From Octopus vulgaris (lineage: Eukaryota), in contig OX597841.1 in assembly GCA_951406725.2 (NCBI GenBank), forward strand, positions 558,001 through 622,000: a stretch of 64,000 bases of DNA, in the 5' to 3' direction. The notes beneath the pieces were generated by a model. It was not told the origin of the DNA and searched no databases. It saw only the letters and a list, made by a program, of their open reading frames with translations. Made by a program: the position numbers and the translations under genes. Below are positions 24,975 through 52,068 of the stretch, piece by piece (position 1 is the first letter of the stretch; each line of letters opens with the position of its first letter).

Positions 24975-27760
24975 TAACTGTTACTTTCTCAGATGCAGCT
25001 CGGATTTTTGTCAGTGAACAAGTCGCGGTTTTAGCGATAACTTCTTTATTAGGAATATGTAAGTTCCCCTTATCTATGAATGTAATTTTTTGGTTGTATC
25101 CTGCCTTAGTTAACGCTGTATTATAATGCTCAGAATGGGAGTTAAATATATCCTTATTTGAAGATAATTTTGAAGTTCTTAATGAAATATTTCTGGTTAA
25201 AGAAAAACACGGATGGAATCAGTAACCACAAAACGACTAATAATAATATTAGCAGTAATAAGAGTAGTAATAATACCGATACTAATAGAAGTAAAAATGT
25301 TAATAATAGAAGTAAGGCTAATAGAGAAAACGCGGAGAAGGAAAATATCAGTGATATCTATAGCAGCAATATACAGTTTGATAATAATACTAACAAAAAT
25401 AGTAACATTACTAATAATGTAAATAATCATGGTAGGACTTTAGACCTAAAAGATGGAGCAATAGGATCAATAAATAATAACAATGCTTTAGATAACAGCA
25501 CCAACTATAAAAATAATAATAATAATAAGGATAATTATACTCATGATAATCATAATAATAAGAACATAAGACATCTACCCATGAATAATCCAACTTCTGA
25601 AGTTGTTCCTCCTGCGTGTAAGTGTAGAATTAAGTCGAGATGCCCGGCACCCGGTCTTTGCGGGGAAAATAACGTAATCTATAAATGTACCATATCTACT
25701 GAGAATAACAAATTTTTTTACATTGGGTGCACAATAAATTTTAATAAAAGGGTTAGAAATCACATCTCATCTTTTGGATTACGTCATAAAGCTGGTACCA
25801 CCACACTTTCAAGTAAAATCTGGGAACTCAAAAATAATAACAAGAATTATAATCTTAATTGGGAAATAGTTAGGAGAGCAATACCGTATAAAAATAGCAG
25901 GGTTGGTTGCCAACTCTGCTCAATGGAGACCTATGAAATTCTAAGGCATAGAAAAAATAGAAACTTGTTAAATAACCATATTGAAGTAGGACAAGTTTGT
26001 GTCCACGCTAAATTGAAGACCCTAAAATATTTTAAGTGAATAACTGTATAGAATAATCGTAACAAGATAGGTAGATAAATATAACCGGGTCTTTAATAGT
26101 ATAACATTATTTTTTTAAGTAGATATCTGCGATTTCTCACACTATACTTATCTTTTTCTTTGTAACTACACCTGATTTTAAACATTGGGAAATTAAAATA
26201 GTATTCGTACATTGCTTAATTGAAAGTTTATCTAATTCTTAATTCTTAAATCTTAATTTTTAGTGTTTATTTAATTCTTAAATCTTAATTTTAAATTTTT
26301 AATTTTGGAACTTAATCTAGTTTAGGTAACACTACTTTAATAAATTAAGTTACTAAAGCTTAACAATTCTATTACAGAATTAATTAAGTGAAGAAACTCC
26401 CTTGAAAGTAGTATGATAAACTTCAATAAAATAGACAATTCCATCACACCTTGTATTGATAGTAACGGCTACAATTTTTAAGACAGTAACATGAATAAAT
26501 AAATAAATAAATAATTTAAATGACCTCTGGTTAAGGGTTGCACTTAGATCCTTTCTCTTATTGTATTTCCTTTTAACGATAGCTATTGACCCCTCTACCC
26601 CTGACCTTGTTTATCTCTTTAAATTCCCTTTAGATTCATATCTGCTTTCATCCGTGTCAGGTTGATAGTAAATAGCTTTGTACTGGTCAATTAAATAATT
26701 TTTTTCCTCATAGTCCCTGAATTCTTAAAGATTCTTAAAGATTCAAGCTAACTAAGTTATCTACAAATTTCTTCTGTATTTGGTCACTTTAAAAACCCCC
26801 TCCCGCTAAGTTGTCGCAGTATACTCTATATAGGCGCCTTTTCTTTTATCCCCATTCCACTTTTTCTTTTTTTCTTTTCCTTTTTCTTCTTTTTCTTTTT
26901 TCTTTTTCTTTTTCTCTTTCTTTTTCTTTTCTATCCTTCTCCCCCGTGTCTCTTTCCTTTTTTCTTTTTCTTTTTCTTTTTCCTTTCCTTATTTCTTCTT
27001 CTTCTCCTTTTTCTTTTTCTTTTTTCCTTGTCTCTTTCCATTTTCTTTTATCTTATTTTATTTTCTTTGCCCCACAAATAAATTCCTTCAGCCTTTAGAA
27101 ATCTCAACATAGCAGTTTTGCACGGAGAGCAATAACATGGCAAATTACCTTATCATATAGCATGAAATGATTGTGGATTAATAATAGTTAAATACATCGT
27201 CTGTGAGTCTGAAATTCCTCATCTTACCACTGGAAATGTAAATCTTCACTATGGATTAATTCACCTTTTCTGTGAAGCTAATAAGTCTTTAAAAACCTGT
27301 GATAAGTCTGTGCATCATCCTCCTCATATCTCTGGAAATTTAAATCTACACTATGGATTGATTCATCTTCTCTTCGAAACTAATAAGTTTTTAAAAATCT
27401 GTGATAAGACTGTGCATCATCATTAAGGAACTTTGGAAAACTGTTTACAACCTATATCTGCCTCTAATGGAACTATCTCCAATATTTCATGAGTATAACC
27501 TCACCCACTAAGATGTCTAGAGAACTCAAATGTATTTTAGCTGATGAGTACGGGACACTTTTATCTGCTGCAATTTTTGCAACTTGTAATAAAGCCTGTC
27601 TTTGTATGAAACAATTGTACTAAAAACCAATCCATTCTTGTTGCTTCTTTCTCGTTTATAATCACCCCACGTTACTGTATGGATATAGTTTTTCTGGTGC
27701 ATCTAAGTTAAGTACCACATTCAAGTAAATTCATTGAAAGTTACTTGAATCTTAATTGCT
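24975..27760 (+). mobile_element. Penelope-like element 3' part: inverted RT-thumb fragment + GIY-YIG endonuclease + terminal repeat with hammerhead
   Basis: Plus ORF ends CKCRIKSRCP...NVIYKCTI...YIGCT...RNHISSF...CQLCSME (25158-26039). Minus strand 25215-24975 reads HP...RTSKLSSNKDIFNSHSEHYNTALTKAGY (PLE thumb region). Flanked by (TACA)n and (TA)n. Confidence 0.85.
27535..27625 (+). ncRNA. Type I hammerhead ribozyme motif in the PLE 3' region
   Basis: TTTTAG-CTGATGA-GTAC gggaca...tgtc tttGTAT-GAAA-CAATTG-TA-CTAAAA. Perfect stem I, intact core, palindromic stem III, GUA triplet. Confidence 0.85.
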
Positions 27761-27771
27761 TTGTTAATATA

Positions 27772-27847
<76 letters not shown>

Positions 27848-29724
27848 GTGTGTGTGTGTGTGTATATATATGCATATAAAAGTTGTGTGTATGTGTGCGT
27901 GTGTGTAGATATTTGAGGACTTGTCTCTGTATTGTGCGAAAACTGCCAGCAAATGAAGATTATCTGAACTATCTATACTGCAATGGAGAAAACCTCTTAT
28001 TAATTAGGCATGTGACGATAATTAAAGTACTAAAAAAACGCAATTATTAAAGGGCTAACTGTCTGGAAATATTTTTGAAGAAATTTCCTATAACTTCCAT
28101 TTCTCAAGTTTCTTGAAGTATATTTCAACTCTCATTTCTCGCAAATTTAAATATTCATTGCATTCACTGTGTCCAGTTAATCACAAATTAAAATATTCTT
28201 TGCATTCCCTGCGTCCAATTAATCACAAATTTAAGTATTCTTTGCATTGACTGAAGAGTATTCTATTCTCATTTGCAATGCCTCTCACTTACTATTTTTA
28301 ATTTTTATTTGCTATTTGGAAAACCGACAGTTTATTCTATTAATATAATGCGTAATTTATTATTTATTGAATGGAAATTTTTAAAATACCCGTATAATTT
28401 TTGAATGTGGGATAGCTCTGAGAAGAACCTCGAAATTTGGCTTATTACTATTAGAAGACAAGAAGAAAACATTTTCCGACAAATACTCGAAACCTGCACC
28501 TTATTCACGGTTTCCCAATACTCTGTTCCACTAAACCAATATTTACACAAGTTGGCGGCGAGCTGGCAGAACCGTTAACAGGGCGGGCGAAATGCGTAGC
28601 CATATTTCGTCTGCCGCTACGTTCTGAGTTCAAATTCCGCCGAGGTAGATTTTGCCTTTCATCCTTTCGGGGTGGATTAAATAAGTACTAGTTACGCACT
28701 GGGGTCGATATAATGGACTCAGTCCGATTGTCTGTCCTTGTTTGTCTCCTCTATGTTTAGCCCCTTGTGGGTAGTAAAGAAATAGGTACTACTTAAATAC
28801 AGATGTTACGTACAAAACATTTTAAATGTACGCTGTGTGGACGGGTAATGACTCCCTTACTCTAACTAACTCCAAAAACTGGCGCTAACCTTAACCCTAT
28901 AAACGAACCCTAACCCCCACCCCTTCATTCCGTAACGTAGATACATCGGGACCTCTTTGAGGGAAGAAATTAATTAATGTGGTGGCATGATAGTGGTGGT
29001 AGCCTGTTGGTAGTGGTGTTAGTAGTGTTATTGGTGATGCGATGTTGTAGGATGGTAGATGTAGTGCTGGTGATAGTGGTGGTGGTAGTTCTGTCAATGT
29101 TACACTTATTGTTGTGGTTGTGGTCATGGTGAAAGATATTAATGATGATATCGAAGTTGAGTTTATAGTTGTGCCATATTTTAGCTGTATAGGTGGTATC
29201 CTGTTGGTAGTGATGGTAGATTAGTAGTAGTAGTAGTAGTCGCAGTAGTAGCAGCAGTAGTAGTAGTAGTAGCAGCAGCAGTAGTAGTAGTAGTTATTGG
29301 TAGGGCTGCTGTTGAAAGACGAGGAGAAATAAATCATACGAAGAATTATAGTCAACAAAACATATGCAGGTTTATTTACATATACATATATACACGGTAA
29401 CATACATACACACACACACGCCCGTACGGGCAAGCACGCGCAATCACACACACACGCACACAAAAGCATACACACTAACATACACACACATACACATATA
29501 CTTTTATCCTTTTATTCTATTACTAGTTTCAGTCATTTGACTGCAGCCATGCTGGAGCACCGCCTTTTAGTTGAGCAAATCGACCCCGGGACTTATTCTT
29601 TGTAAGCCCAGTACTTATTCTATCGGTCTCTTTTGTCGAACCGCTAAGTGACGGGGACGTAAACACACCAGCATCGGTTGTCAAGCAATGCTAGGGGGAC
29701 AAACACAGACACACAAACACACAC

Positions 29725-29761
<37 letters not shown>

Positions 29762-30086
29762 TATCTTAAAGACTCCGCCGGTTACGACGACGAGGGTCCC
29801 AGCTGATACGATCAACGGAACAGCTTGCTCGTGAAATTAACGTGCAAATGGCTGAGCATTCCACAGACACGTGTACCCTTAACGTAGTTCTCGGGGATAA
29901 TCAACGTGACACAGAGAGTGACAAGGCTGACCCTTTGAAATACAAGTACAACTCATTTTTGCCAGCTGAGTGGACTGGAGCAACGTGAAATAAAGTGTCT
30001 TGCTCAAGGACATAACGCGTCGCCGGGAATCGAACTCACAACCTTACGATCATGAACCGAATGCCCTATCCACTAAGCCACGCGCC

Positions 30087-34880
<4,794 letters not shown>

Positions 34881-35056
34881 CAATGATTTTGCTTCAATGG
34901 TTTTGCCTCAAAAATAAGTTCTTTGTACCACATGTATTTAGTTATAACTTATTTAATAACCAGAAGTTTTAGTCAATATCTGAAGATCATTTATTCATAA
35001 TCCACATAATGCTAGAATTTTAATAAATATACTGTAACCTAATCAAGCTTTGCAGT

Positions 35057-35120
<64 letters not shown>

Positions 35121-36378
35121 TGGGAGGGAGAAAACATTGCAAACAATGAACGAAATAAACATGAAATGAAGAAATCGTATAAATAAAAGGGCGCTACTAT
35201 ACATTTATACGCTCCCGACTTTGTAGCCTCATGACATGCAGAACAATGGATACTTTTTAACAAAAGTATCTATAAATACACCAAAGATGTTGTGAATTCA
35301 GAGTATATAGGGATTTAATGGAGAATTTGTTCCGATGGGATGGAGAGAGGAGCTTTGGAAAATTCACACGATCTTGACATTTTTCCCTCAAAGAGGTCCC
35401 GATGTATCTACGTTACGAAATGAAGGGGTGGGTGTTAGGGTTCGTTTTTAGGGTTAATGTTAGCGCCAGTTTTTGGGGTTAGTTAGAGTTAGACAGTCAT
35501 TACCCGTCCACACAGCGCACATTTAAAATGTTTTGTACGTAACACCTGTATTTAAGTAGTACCTATTTCTTTACTACCCACAAAGGGCTAAACATAGAGG
35601 GGACAAAAAAGGACAGACAAACGGTTTAAGTCGATTATATCGACCCAGTGCGTAACTGGTACTTATTTAATCGACCCCGAAAGGATGAAAGGATAAGTCG
35701 ACCTCGGCGGAATTTGAACTCAGCACGTAACGACAGACGAGTATTTAAGTTGTACCGTTAAGGGGCCTCTCTATTTAAGAAGTAGCAGTTTCACTTCAAC
35801 ATTGAAATTTCATTTGTGTCGATGCAGCACGAAGTCTTGTCAGTTAACAGCACACATACACACATACACACACACATATATATTCATTGCCTTTCAATTG
35901 TGTGTATGTGTATCTATGTGTGCGCGCGAAGGTGTCACTGTTGAAGTCGCTCGTGCAACTTGTGTAAATATTTGTTTCTTTACTACCCACAAGGGGCTAA
36001 ACACAGAGGGGACAAACAAGGACAGACAAACGGATTAAGTCGATTACATCGATCCCAGTGCGTAACTGGTACTTATTTAATCGACCCCGAAGGGATGAAA
36101 GGCAAGGTAAACCTCGGCGGAATTTGAACTCAGAACGTAGCGGCAGACGAAATACCCTATTTCTTTAATACCCACAAGGGCTAAACGCAAAGAGGACAAA
36201 CAAGGACAGACAAATTGACTGAGTCCATTATATCGACCCCAGTGCGTAACTGGTACTTATTTAATCCACCCCGAAAGGATAAAATAAGTACAAAACAATA
36301 AGTACAAAATTAACTTTTAGTACTACTACTCACAGTAAGACAAACGCACACACACACAGAAGATACAATATCACTTAC

Positions 36379-36539
36379 CGTTGTTCCATATGACTTTCGA
36401 TTTTGTATCAGAATAACGAATTGAAGGGTAGTGATCTGAGTTTTCCCACTGACAGCTACCTGGCGCCTCAATGATGGCCAACCAGCCTCTGGCCCCTTCA
36501 CAAAAAATATTTATTGTTATATAGAAGCGACGTGTAAGA
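36379..36539 (-). pseudogene. Paralogue C: isolated exon 4 within the inverted duplication
   Basis: CCGTAG|LTRRFYITINIFCEGARGWLAIIEAPGSCQWENSDHYPSIRYSDTKSKVIWNN|GTAAGT, 161 nt, open frame. Exon 3 is replaced by SINE DNA exactly after its acceptor (~37438) and exon 5 is absent. Confidence 0.85.
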
Positions 36540-38463
36540 CTACGGAGATAGAAAAAGAAAAAAACTTGTTTGGGTTTCAGAATATGAAAATCTAAACTTC
36601 TAGAAAACATACCATTATATCTGCTATATGCAGTTAGATCAATCAGAATTTAATTAGAATAGCCATCTGGGTATCATACTTAATGTGTATATACACACTC
36701 GCGATAGACTATTTACTGAAGTATTTTTCCTGAAATAGCATGTATTATGGATTTGCTGTCTATCGGATAGACACCGAAATTCGTCCCAGCAGCGGCCAGT
36801 GAGAGCAAAAGATGTTATTTCAGGACACAAATATTGCAGTAACTGGCCTGTCGAGAGTGTACATACGTTATGTATGCTACATAGATGTTAGAATGTGCAG
36901 TGGCAGCCCACAGACCCGTCTATAGATTCCATTTCAAATGAGATCTATCTTACACCAAAGATGCGTTCGTAAGCACTCACATACATATAAACGACATATA
37001 TACAGAAATACAGACATACGCAAACGCACACCCACAGGCAGATACATATGCACACACATACATACACACACACGCGCGCGCAGATTTGTGCAAATGTGAA
37101 AATATAAGGAAAGGCAAAAGTACACACGAGGCATACAATTTAGCAAAAAATCTACAAAACGATATATAAACGATAATATTTTCCCGTGTTGAACATCTTA
37201 GCAAAGCGCCAAGAGACGCAGGAGTGATTGTGTGGTAAGTAGCTTGTTTACCAGCCACATGGTTCCAGTTTCAGTCCCACTGTGTGGTTCCTCTGGCAAG
37301 TGTCTTCTACTATAGTCTCGGGCCGACCAAAGCCTTGTGGGTGGATTTGGTAGACGGAAACTTGCCCATGATGCCACGCAGTGGGACTGAACCCGGAACC
37401 ATGTGGTTGGTAAGCAAGCTACTTACCACACAGCCCCCTGCAATAGAAATGAACATGTAGACACGTACACACATGCACATGCATACATATACTCACACAC
37501 TCTCTCTCTCTCTCTCTTTTTACTCTTTTACTTGTTTCAGTCAGTAGACTGCGGCCATGCTGGAGCACCGCCTTTAGTCGAGCAACTCGACCCGGGACTA
37601 ATTTCTTTGTAAGCCCAGTACTTATTCTATCGGTCTCATTTGTCGAACACACCAGCAATGCTAGGGGGACAAACACAGACACACAAACACACACCAACAT
37701 ATATATATATATATATATATACATATATACGACCGGCTTCTTTCAGTTTCCGTCTACCAAATCCACTCACAAGACATTGGTCGGCCCGGGGCTATAGCAG
37801 AAGACACTTGTCCAAGATGCCACGCAGTGGGACTGAACCCGGAACCATGTGGTTGGTAAGCAAGCTACTTACCACACAGCCCCCTGCGCCACACGTTCGC
37901 ACTCGCATAATGAAAAATAATTGGATCAAGTTAAAGTGATCGAGATACTTTAAAATATATTTCATTAGTTGTTAGTCTAATTTCCACTCATTTTTGTTAC
38001 ATCCTTCCTTTGAGAAAATCGAATCTGTATAACCCGCGAAATTAACGATTTTTATTTGTCACTCACCTAATAAGTATCTTACCATCCATAAATGTATCAA
38101 ATAATATATATTTAATTACCCTTCGCTTGGAAATTTCCTTTGGTAATGTTATGAAAACATAGGATCTCATAGTGTTCCATTCCAAGCTGCATGACGCAAT
38201 GTGGTAACAATAACAAACTTCTGCTACTAAAACACACCTCGTAATACACAAATAATCCATGCGTTTTTAGCCCCATTACACGCACATTGTATGTGTTTTT
38301 GCCTCTGTGTATGTGTGTGTGTATTTCACTCCTACCACTTGACAAATGGTTTCCTTGTGTTGATGTCCCCCGTAACATAGCGGTTCGTCCAAAGAAATTG
38401 ATAGAATATATACAAGAGTATTAGTTCTACTAAACCCATGGCCGTAGTTCAATGACAGATATC

Positions 38464-38609
<146 letters not shown>

Positions 38610-38665
38610 TATGAAAAAACAAGTCAAAAATAGGAAATGCTAAGATGATTTTATAGTGAATCTTT

Positions 38666-38703
38666 CAGTACCGGTTTCGGTCATTTTGAGACCTTTTCAA
38701 CTG
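38666..38703 (-). ncRNA. Minimal hammerhead motif, U3:A8 variant
   Basis: Reverse complement CAG-TTGAAAA-GGTC tcaaaat GACC-GAAA-CCGG-TA-CTG, in a short insert between (TA)n tracts. Confidence 0.6.
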
Positions 38704-38820
38704 TAACGATTAAATAATTAAATTTAGAAAAATTAGAAGAAAAGTGTTTTAAAAGAATATTTCTGTAGTAGTGTTCAGATATAAGTAGCATTCTGCCTTT
38801 CTCTGACTCCCTTGTTTGCA

Positions 38821-38914
<94 letters not shown>

Positions 38915-39815
38915 AGAGTTTACGAAAAAAAAAGACGAAGATAGGTGGTGTACAAAACAAACAGATGTATTAGTATAACGCTCAGGAATTGAAAAAGTCT
39001 TTTACGTTTCGAGCCTACGCTCTTCTACAGAAAGGGACACAGAAAAAACAAGGAGAGAAAAAAAATGTGTGTAGTGACTAACGATCTATCATATATGTAT
39101 ATATATATATATATTAACGGCTGCTAGATAAATCAATGCCTGCTAAATAGAGTTAATAGAATTAATGAAAACTTGCTTCTACCCACCAAAATGTGTAGCC
39201 ATCTATCCATGAGAGAAAATATCGAAACGTTAAGTTTAGTTGTCAGATATATAGGAGAAAAACACACGATATGTCTTCTTAACTTCCTTAACTCCATGTA
39301 GAGTACAGGACACCAGTAACAGATCGCTATAGGCTGGTAAATTTGGAAAAGAATTGCAGTTATCCCCAGGTCTAGCCATCAACCATTTCTTCAGTTTCTG
39401 TTGAGCTTTTCCATGTTTTTATTTAATCTGTCACGCTTCTGCCTTCCTTGCGATATTCATCGGACGGCTTGTCTTGTAAAATCAGAAAGATGTTTCCGTT
39501 CGATGTGTCCTAGCTAACCTCATTCCTTGCTCCTGAAAGCCATTATAGAAAGCCATTCAAATTCATCGGCGTGGACGAGGTAACAGGGATATACTTCCGA
39601 AACAGTACACAATCTATTTTAACAATTGATATCGGACACGTTAAAAGATATTCTCTTGCATTTTATGACAAATAAACACGCAAATGCACTGGCTTCTAAC
39701 GCTTTCCATTTAACTTACTTACATACATTGAAACATAGCATGGACAGTTTTCCCCAGTCTCACACTACACGTCTTTACATGCATCACGGCAATTATCGGT
39801 GCTATATAATTAGAA

Positions 39816-39886
<71 letters not shown>

Positions 39887-40829
39887 TGATAAAAATTGTA
39901 AGACAACAAAAGAATGAAAGAGACCTCGATATTATGTCAATAGAGGAACTTGTCTGTAAATATAACATGTGATAAGTTTCGGATGCCGGCGGCGTGGATT
40001 TCCACCTCGGCATCAGAAACTTATTATTATTATTATTATTGTTGTTGTTATTGTTCAGGTCACTGCTTGTAATCGAACTCGGAACCTTGGGGTTAGTAGC
40101 CCGCGCTCTCAACCACTACGCCATATGCTCGTATAGAACTGTATAATTTTTCTTGTTTTTTCCCTCCAATCATGCTAATATAATTAGTACTTAATCAAGA
40201 ATACATTACAAACTTTAGCTCATTATCGCAGTGGATAATCGATACTTACCGTAATCTATTTCCTTTAACTCTTAAACCCAAAAAGCACAGGAGGAAGAAC
40301 CACAACCGCAGGATCACGCCATAAAGTCCTGAGCTGACTTACAACTGCAGCCACTTCGAACGTACCTGCCTCTCTTGCATTGGCTGTGTTTAACCACGAG
40401 CATATCTGCAGAGAATGAGGACCAAATCCTTCAGAAATTTTCCTTCGCGAAACAAAACCAAGAAGAAGATTAATTCAATACGAGTACAATATTCCATCAT
40501 ATCTTCTTTTACTTATTTATACTCTTTTACTCTTTTACTTCTTTCAGTCATTTGACTGCGGTCATGAAGGAGCACCGCCTTTAGTCGAGCAAATCGACCC
40601 CAGGACTTATACTTTGTAAGCCAAGTACTTATTTTATCGGTCTATTTTGACGAACCGCTAGGTGACAGGGACGTAAACACACCAGCATATACAACTTATA
40701 AACAAGGGCAAAAGAAAAAAAATTCTAATGTCTAATATGCCGAAAAAGGTACAATATGTCAACAACCATATAATTTATCACTATTAACATCGCTTGACAA
40801 CCGATGCTGGTGTGTTAACACGCGTTTCG

Positions 40830-40861
<32 letters not shown>

Positions 40862-40869
40862 ATATAATA

Positions 40870-41034
<165 letters not shown>

Positions 41035-41382
41035 TACATACATATATACGACGGGTTTCTTTCAGTTTCCGTCTACAAAATCCACGCACAACTCTTTGGT
41101 CAGTACGAGGCTATAGTAGGAGACACTTGCCCCCAAGTTACCGGACAGTGGGACTGAACCTGGAACAATGTGATTGGGAAGCAAGCATCATACCACATAG
41201 TTTCTTCTGACCACACATTGACAATAGGTTTATAAGTCGGATCATATCGATCACAACACATCGTTAGTTATTGATGTCTTTCATCTCATGAAATAATGAA
41301 AGGAATATCGACCTGCGGAAGCTCGTAAAAAAACTTTGTCGTAACGATTGACATGACAGGATTCTGCTAAATATATTTTCAC

Positions 41383-41416
<34 letters not shown>

Positions 41417-41848
41417 GCACACAAACACACACACACAAACACACACTCACAAGCACAAACACACACACACACAAACACACACTCACAAGCACACACACAC
41501 ACAGACACACGCATACACACAAACACACACACACAAGCACACACACACACACACGCGCGCACACACACGCACACACACACACACACAAACACACGCATAC
41601 ACACATACATAGGCACGTACACAGATAAGATTCCTCTCTTTCACCATGTCGATTCACGTTCGATTCGACATGCGAAACCTGTTAGTCTTTGGGATGACTG
41701 CGTGGATAAGAAACTCAATTTCTTAGTAATCACTTGGTCCCAGGTTCCCTTCCACTGCCTGGCATGCATCATCTAATATAGCATCGCGGAGTGGGGGCCA
41801 CCAGTGTCTTGTGAGTGAATTATATGCGGAAACTGTGGGAAAACCATC

Positions 41849-41914
<66 letters not shown>

Positions 41915-42118
41915 TAGTAAACACATAAACGTGAAACAGGGTGGAAAAAAGAGTACTCAAATACCAGAGGTAGAGTAATATGCTTTTGTTGAATTTCTGC
42001 TGCTTTTAAATAAAGTATATATATATATATATATATATATCACTATATCAATATATATATATATATACACACACGCTGAGTTTTCCCACAGTTTCTGCAT
42101 ATCAAATTCACTCATATG

Positions 42119-42175
<57 letters not shown>

Positions 42176-42690
42176 TATATGCACATGTATATACCCCCCA
42201 CACGCACACACACACATACATCAACACACAACTTCTCTCTCTCCCTTACAAACAAACTTTCGCTTGGCTATAGCTAGAAGGGACTTAGCTCATGTTAGCA
42301 ACCTTCAAAATTGGTAAAAGCTATGGCTGAACATAGATTTTTACCGGTATCCGCGGATTCCTCGGGAAAAAAATAAGCTGACAAAACCCAGGTAGGATGT
42401 TGACGAATGTTCTCCTAAAATTGGAGCGACATGCGTGCTAATTTGTGGACGTGCATAAACTACAATCACGTACACATACACACACACACACGCACACACA
42501 CATCATGCTTTTTATAGATACAGATTATCAAAGTCGGGAGTTAAGTCCAAGTAGATATATAGTATATAAATATTTTTTGTAAATAAACACTTTCAAACTT
42601 CGGACACTGGTAGAATGTGTCATATAAAACATTTTTTACTGTTAGCATTTTTTGAGAAAAAAACTTATATTTACGAAGCTATTTCACGTT

Positions 42691-43037
42691 AAATTTCAAC
42701 CAATCAATGACGTGTATTCAGCCGAATAAAATTACTGCTGTTGTTTGACAACAAAATCTTCCGGTGGTGTATCTTTCGTTTGTCGCTGTTATTCATGACA
42801 ACCCTAACCCTAAAGCTTTAGCCTTAACCCTAACGCTAACCCTAAAACCCTAACCCTAACCCTAACCCTAAAACCCTAACTCTAACCCTAAATCCTTAAA
42901 GCTAAAACCAATACAAACGCACGAACGATGTCATAAATAACAGTGACAAACGAAAAATACACCGCCAATAGTTGTTGTTGACCATCAACGGCAGTAATTT
43001 TATTCAGTTGAATGCACGTCATTGATTGGTTGAAATT
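42691..43037. mobile_element. Foldback/MITE-like element with ~110-bp inverted arms around an imperfect (CCCTAA)n core
   Basis: AATTTCAACCAATCAATGACGTG...TCATGACA / TGTCATAA...CACGTCATTGATTGGTTGAAATT. Telomere-like repeats at 42801-42900. Confidence 0.7.
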
Positions 43038-44609
43038 ACCGAAATACGTCTATTGAAAGTGTTTTGGTTACAAACAATTATTTTTTAAATCTGTTGGTCA
43101 AAGGCTAAAGGTCTCTTACTTTAACTATGGTAGTAATTTAACATTTCTAAATTTTATTTTATATAATGGAATTTAGAAATGTTAGCTTATAATAATATAC
43201 GATATTTTAAGTAAGGAATACAATTAGTAAAGATGATTTGGTTTACTGAACATAATAAAGTCATCCATATTTTTGCTTGTATGTTAATGCTAAGCGTAAT
43301 AATTTAGACTAGCTGGACCTGTGAAAAATACACGGAAAACATAAAAAATATAAGCATCTGTAAGCAGTGTCCTGGTGCCATGAGAAATGTTTGTATATTA
43401 TGGCCGTCTTTTGAAGGCGGCGAGCTGGCAGACACGTTTGCGCGCCGGGCGAAATGCTTAGCGGTATTTCGTCTGTTGTTACGTTCTGTGTTCAAATTCC
43501 GCCGAGGTCGACTTTGCCTTTCATCCTTTCGGGGTCGATAAATAAAGTACCAGTCTCGCACTGGGGTCGATGTAATCGACTTAATCCGTTTTTCTGTCCT
43601 TGTTTGTCCCCTCTATGTTTAGCCCCTTGTGGGCAATAAAGAAATATATATTATGGCCGTCTGTCTTTACGTTCTGAGTTCAAATTCTGCCGAGGTCGAC
43701 TTTGCCTTTTATCTTTTGGAGCTCCATAAATTAAGTACCAGTTGTGTACTGAGGTCGAGGTAATCAACTGGTACAGTCACAACATAAATTTCAAGCCTAG
43801 AAAAGTATATTGTGATAATTACAGAATGTAGAAAGTAATGTAACACCAACGACTACATAATCCAACCAAAATATCTCAGATACAAAAACGTAAACGGAAT
43901 CACTATTTAACCTTACGTACGTATTCAAAGAACCTTCTTGGTTTCGTGTTACGGAACGTTTTTCTGGTATTCTTTTATTCTTCTACTTGTTTCAGTCAAT
44001 TGAGAGTGGCCATGCTAGAGCACCACCCTTTAGTCGAAGAAGTTTACCCTTGGACTTATTCCCTGTAAGCCTGGTGTTTATTCTATCAGTCTCTTCTGCT
44101 GAACAGCTAAGTTACAGAGACGCAAACACACCAACACCGGTGTGAAGCAAGGGTTGTGGTGGGACAAACACAGACATAAACACACACACACACACGCACA
44201 CACATACATACATACATACATACATACATACATGCATACATACATATACATGATGAGCTTGGTGGCAGTGGTGATGCCGGCTGGGGGGATTTTGTGGTTT
44301 GCTGGTATGCCGAGAGATCCAGAGGGTCACACATGCATGCAAGCACATACACAAACACATACCTAGGGAGAGAGACAGACAGACAGACAGACTATCCTAA
44401 ATTATAATTTATTTCAAATCCGTTTCTCTTTTTTTGCAAGCACCCTTCCTCTCACACGCAAACATTCTCCATCTTGTCATTTCAGGATTTTATCTCTTCC
44501 AGGGTTTCTCCCCCTTACTCTCTAATATTTCCTCATCTTCAGAAATACCCTCTGACGCATTTTCCCCTTACATATAAAACTCCCTTCTGTTTCTTTTCAA
44601 ATCTCTCTC

Positions 44610-44645
<36 letters not shown>

Positions 44646-44724
44646 TTCATGCCATTTCTTTCCCCCTTCTAACTCCTTCCGGTGAACAAGAATATCGCAG
44701 TTTTCCTTCATTCATCAAGAAGTG

Positions 44725-52068
<7,344 letters not shown>

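Noticed and set aside
42801-42900. True telomere or chromosome-fusion scar
   Set aside because: Short, degenerate, single orientation and enclosed by element arms.
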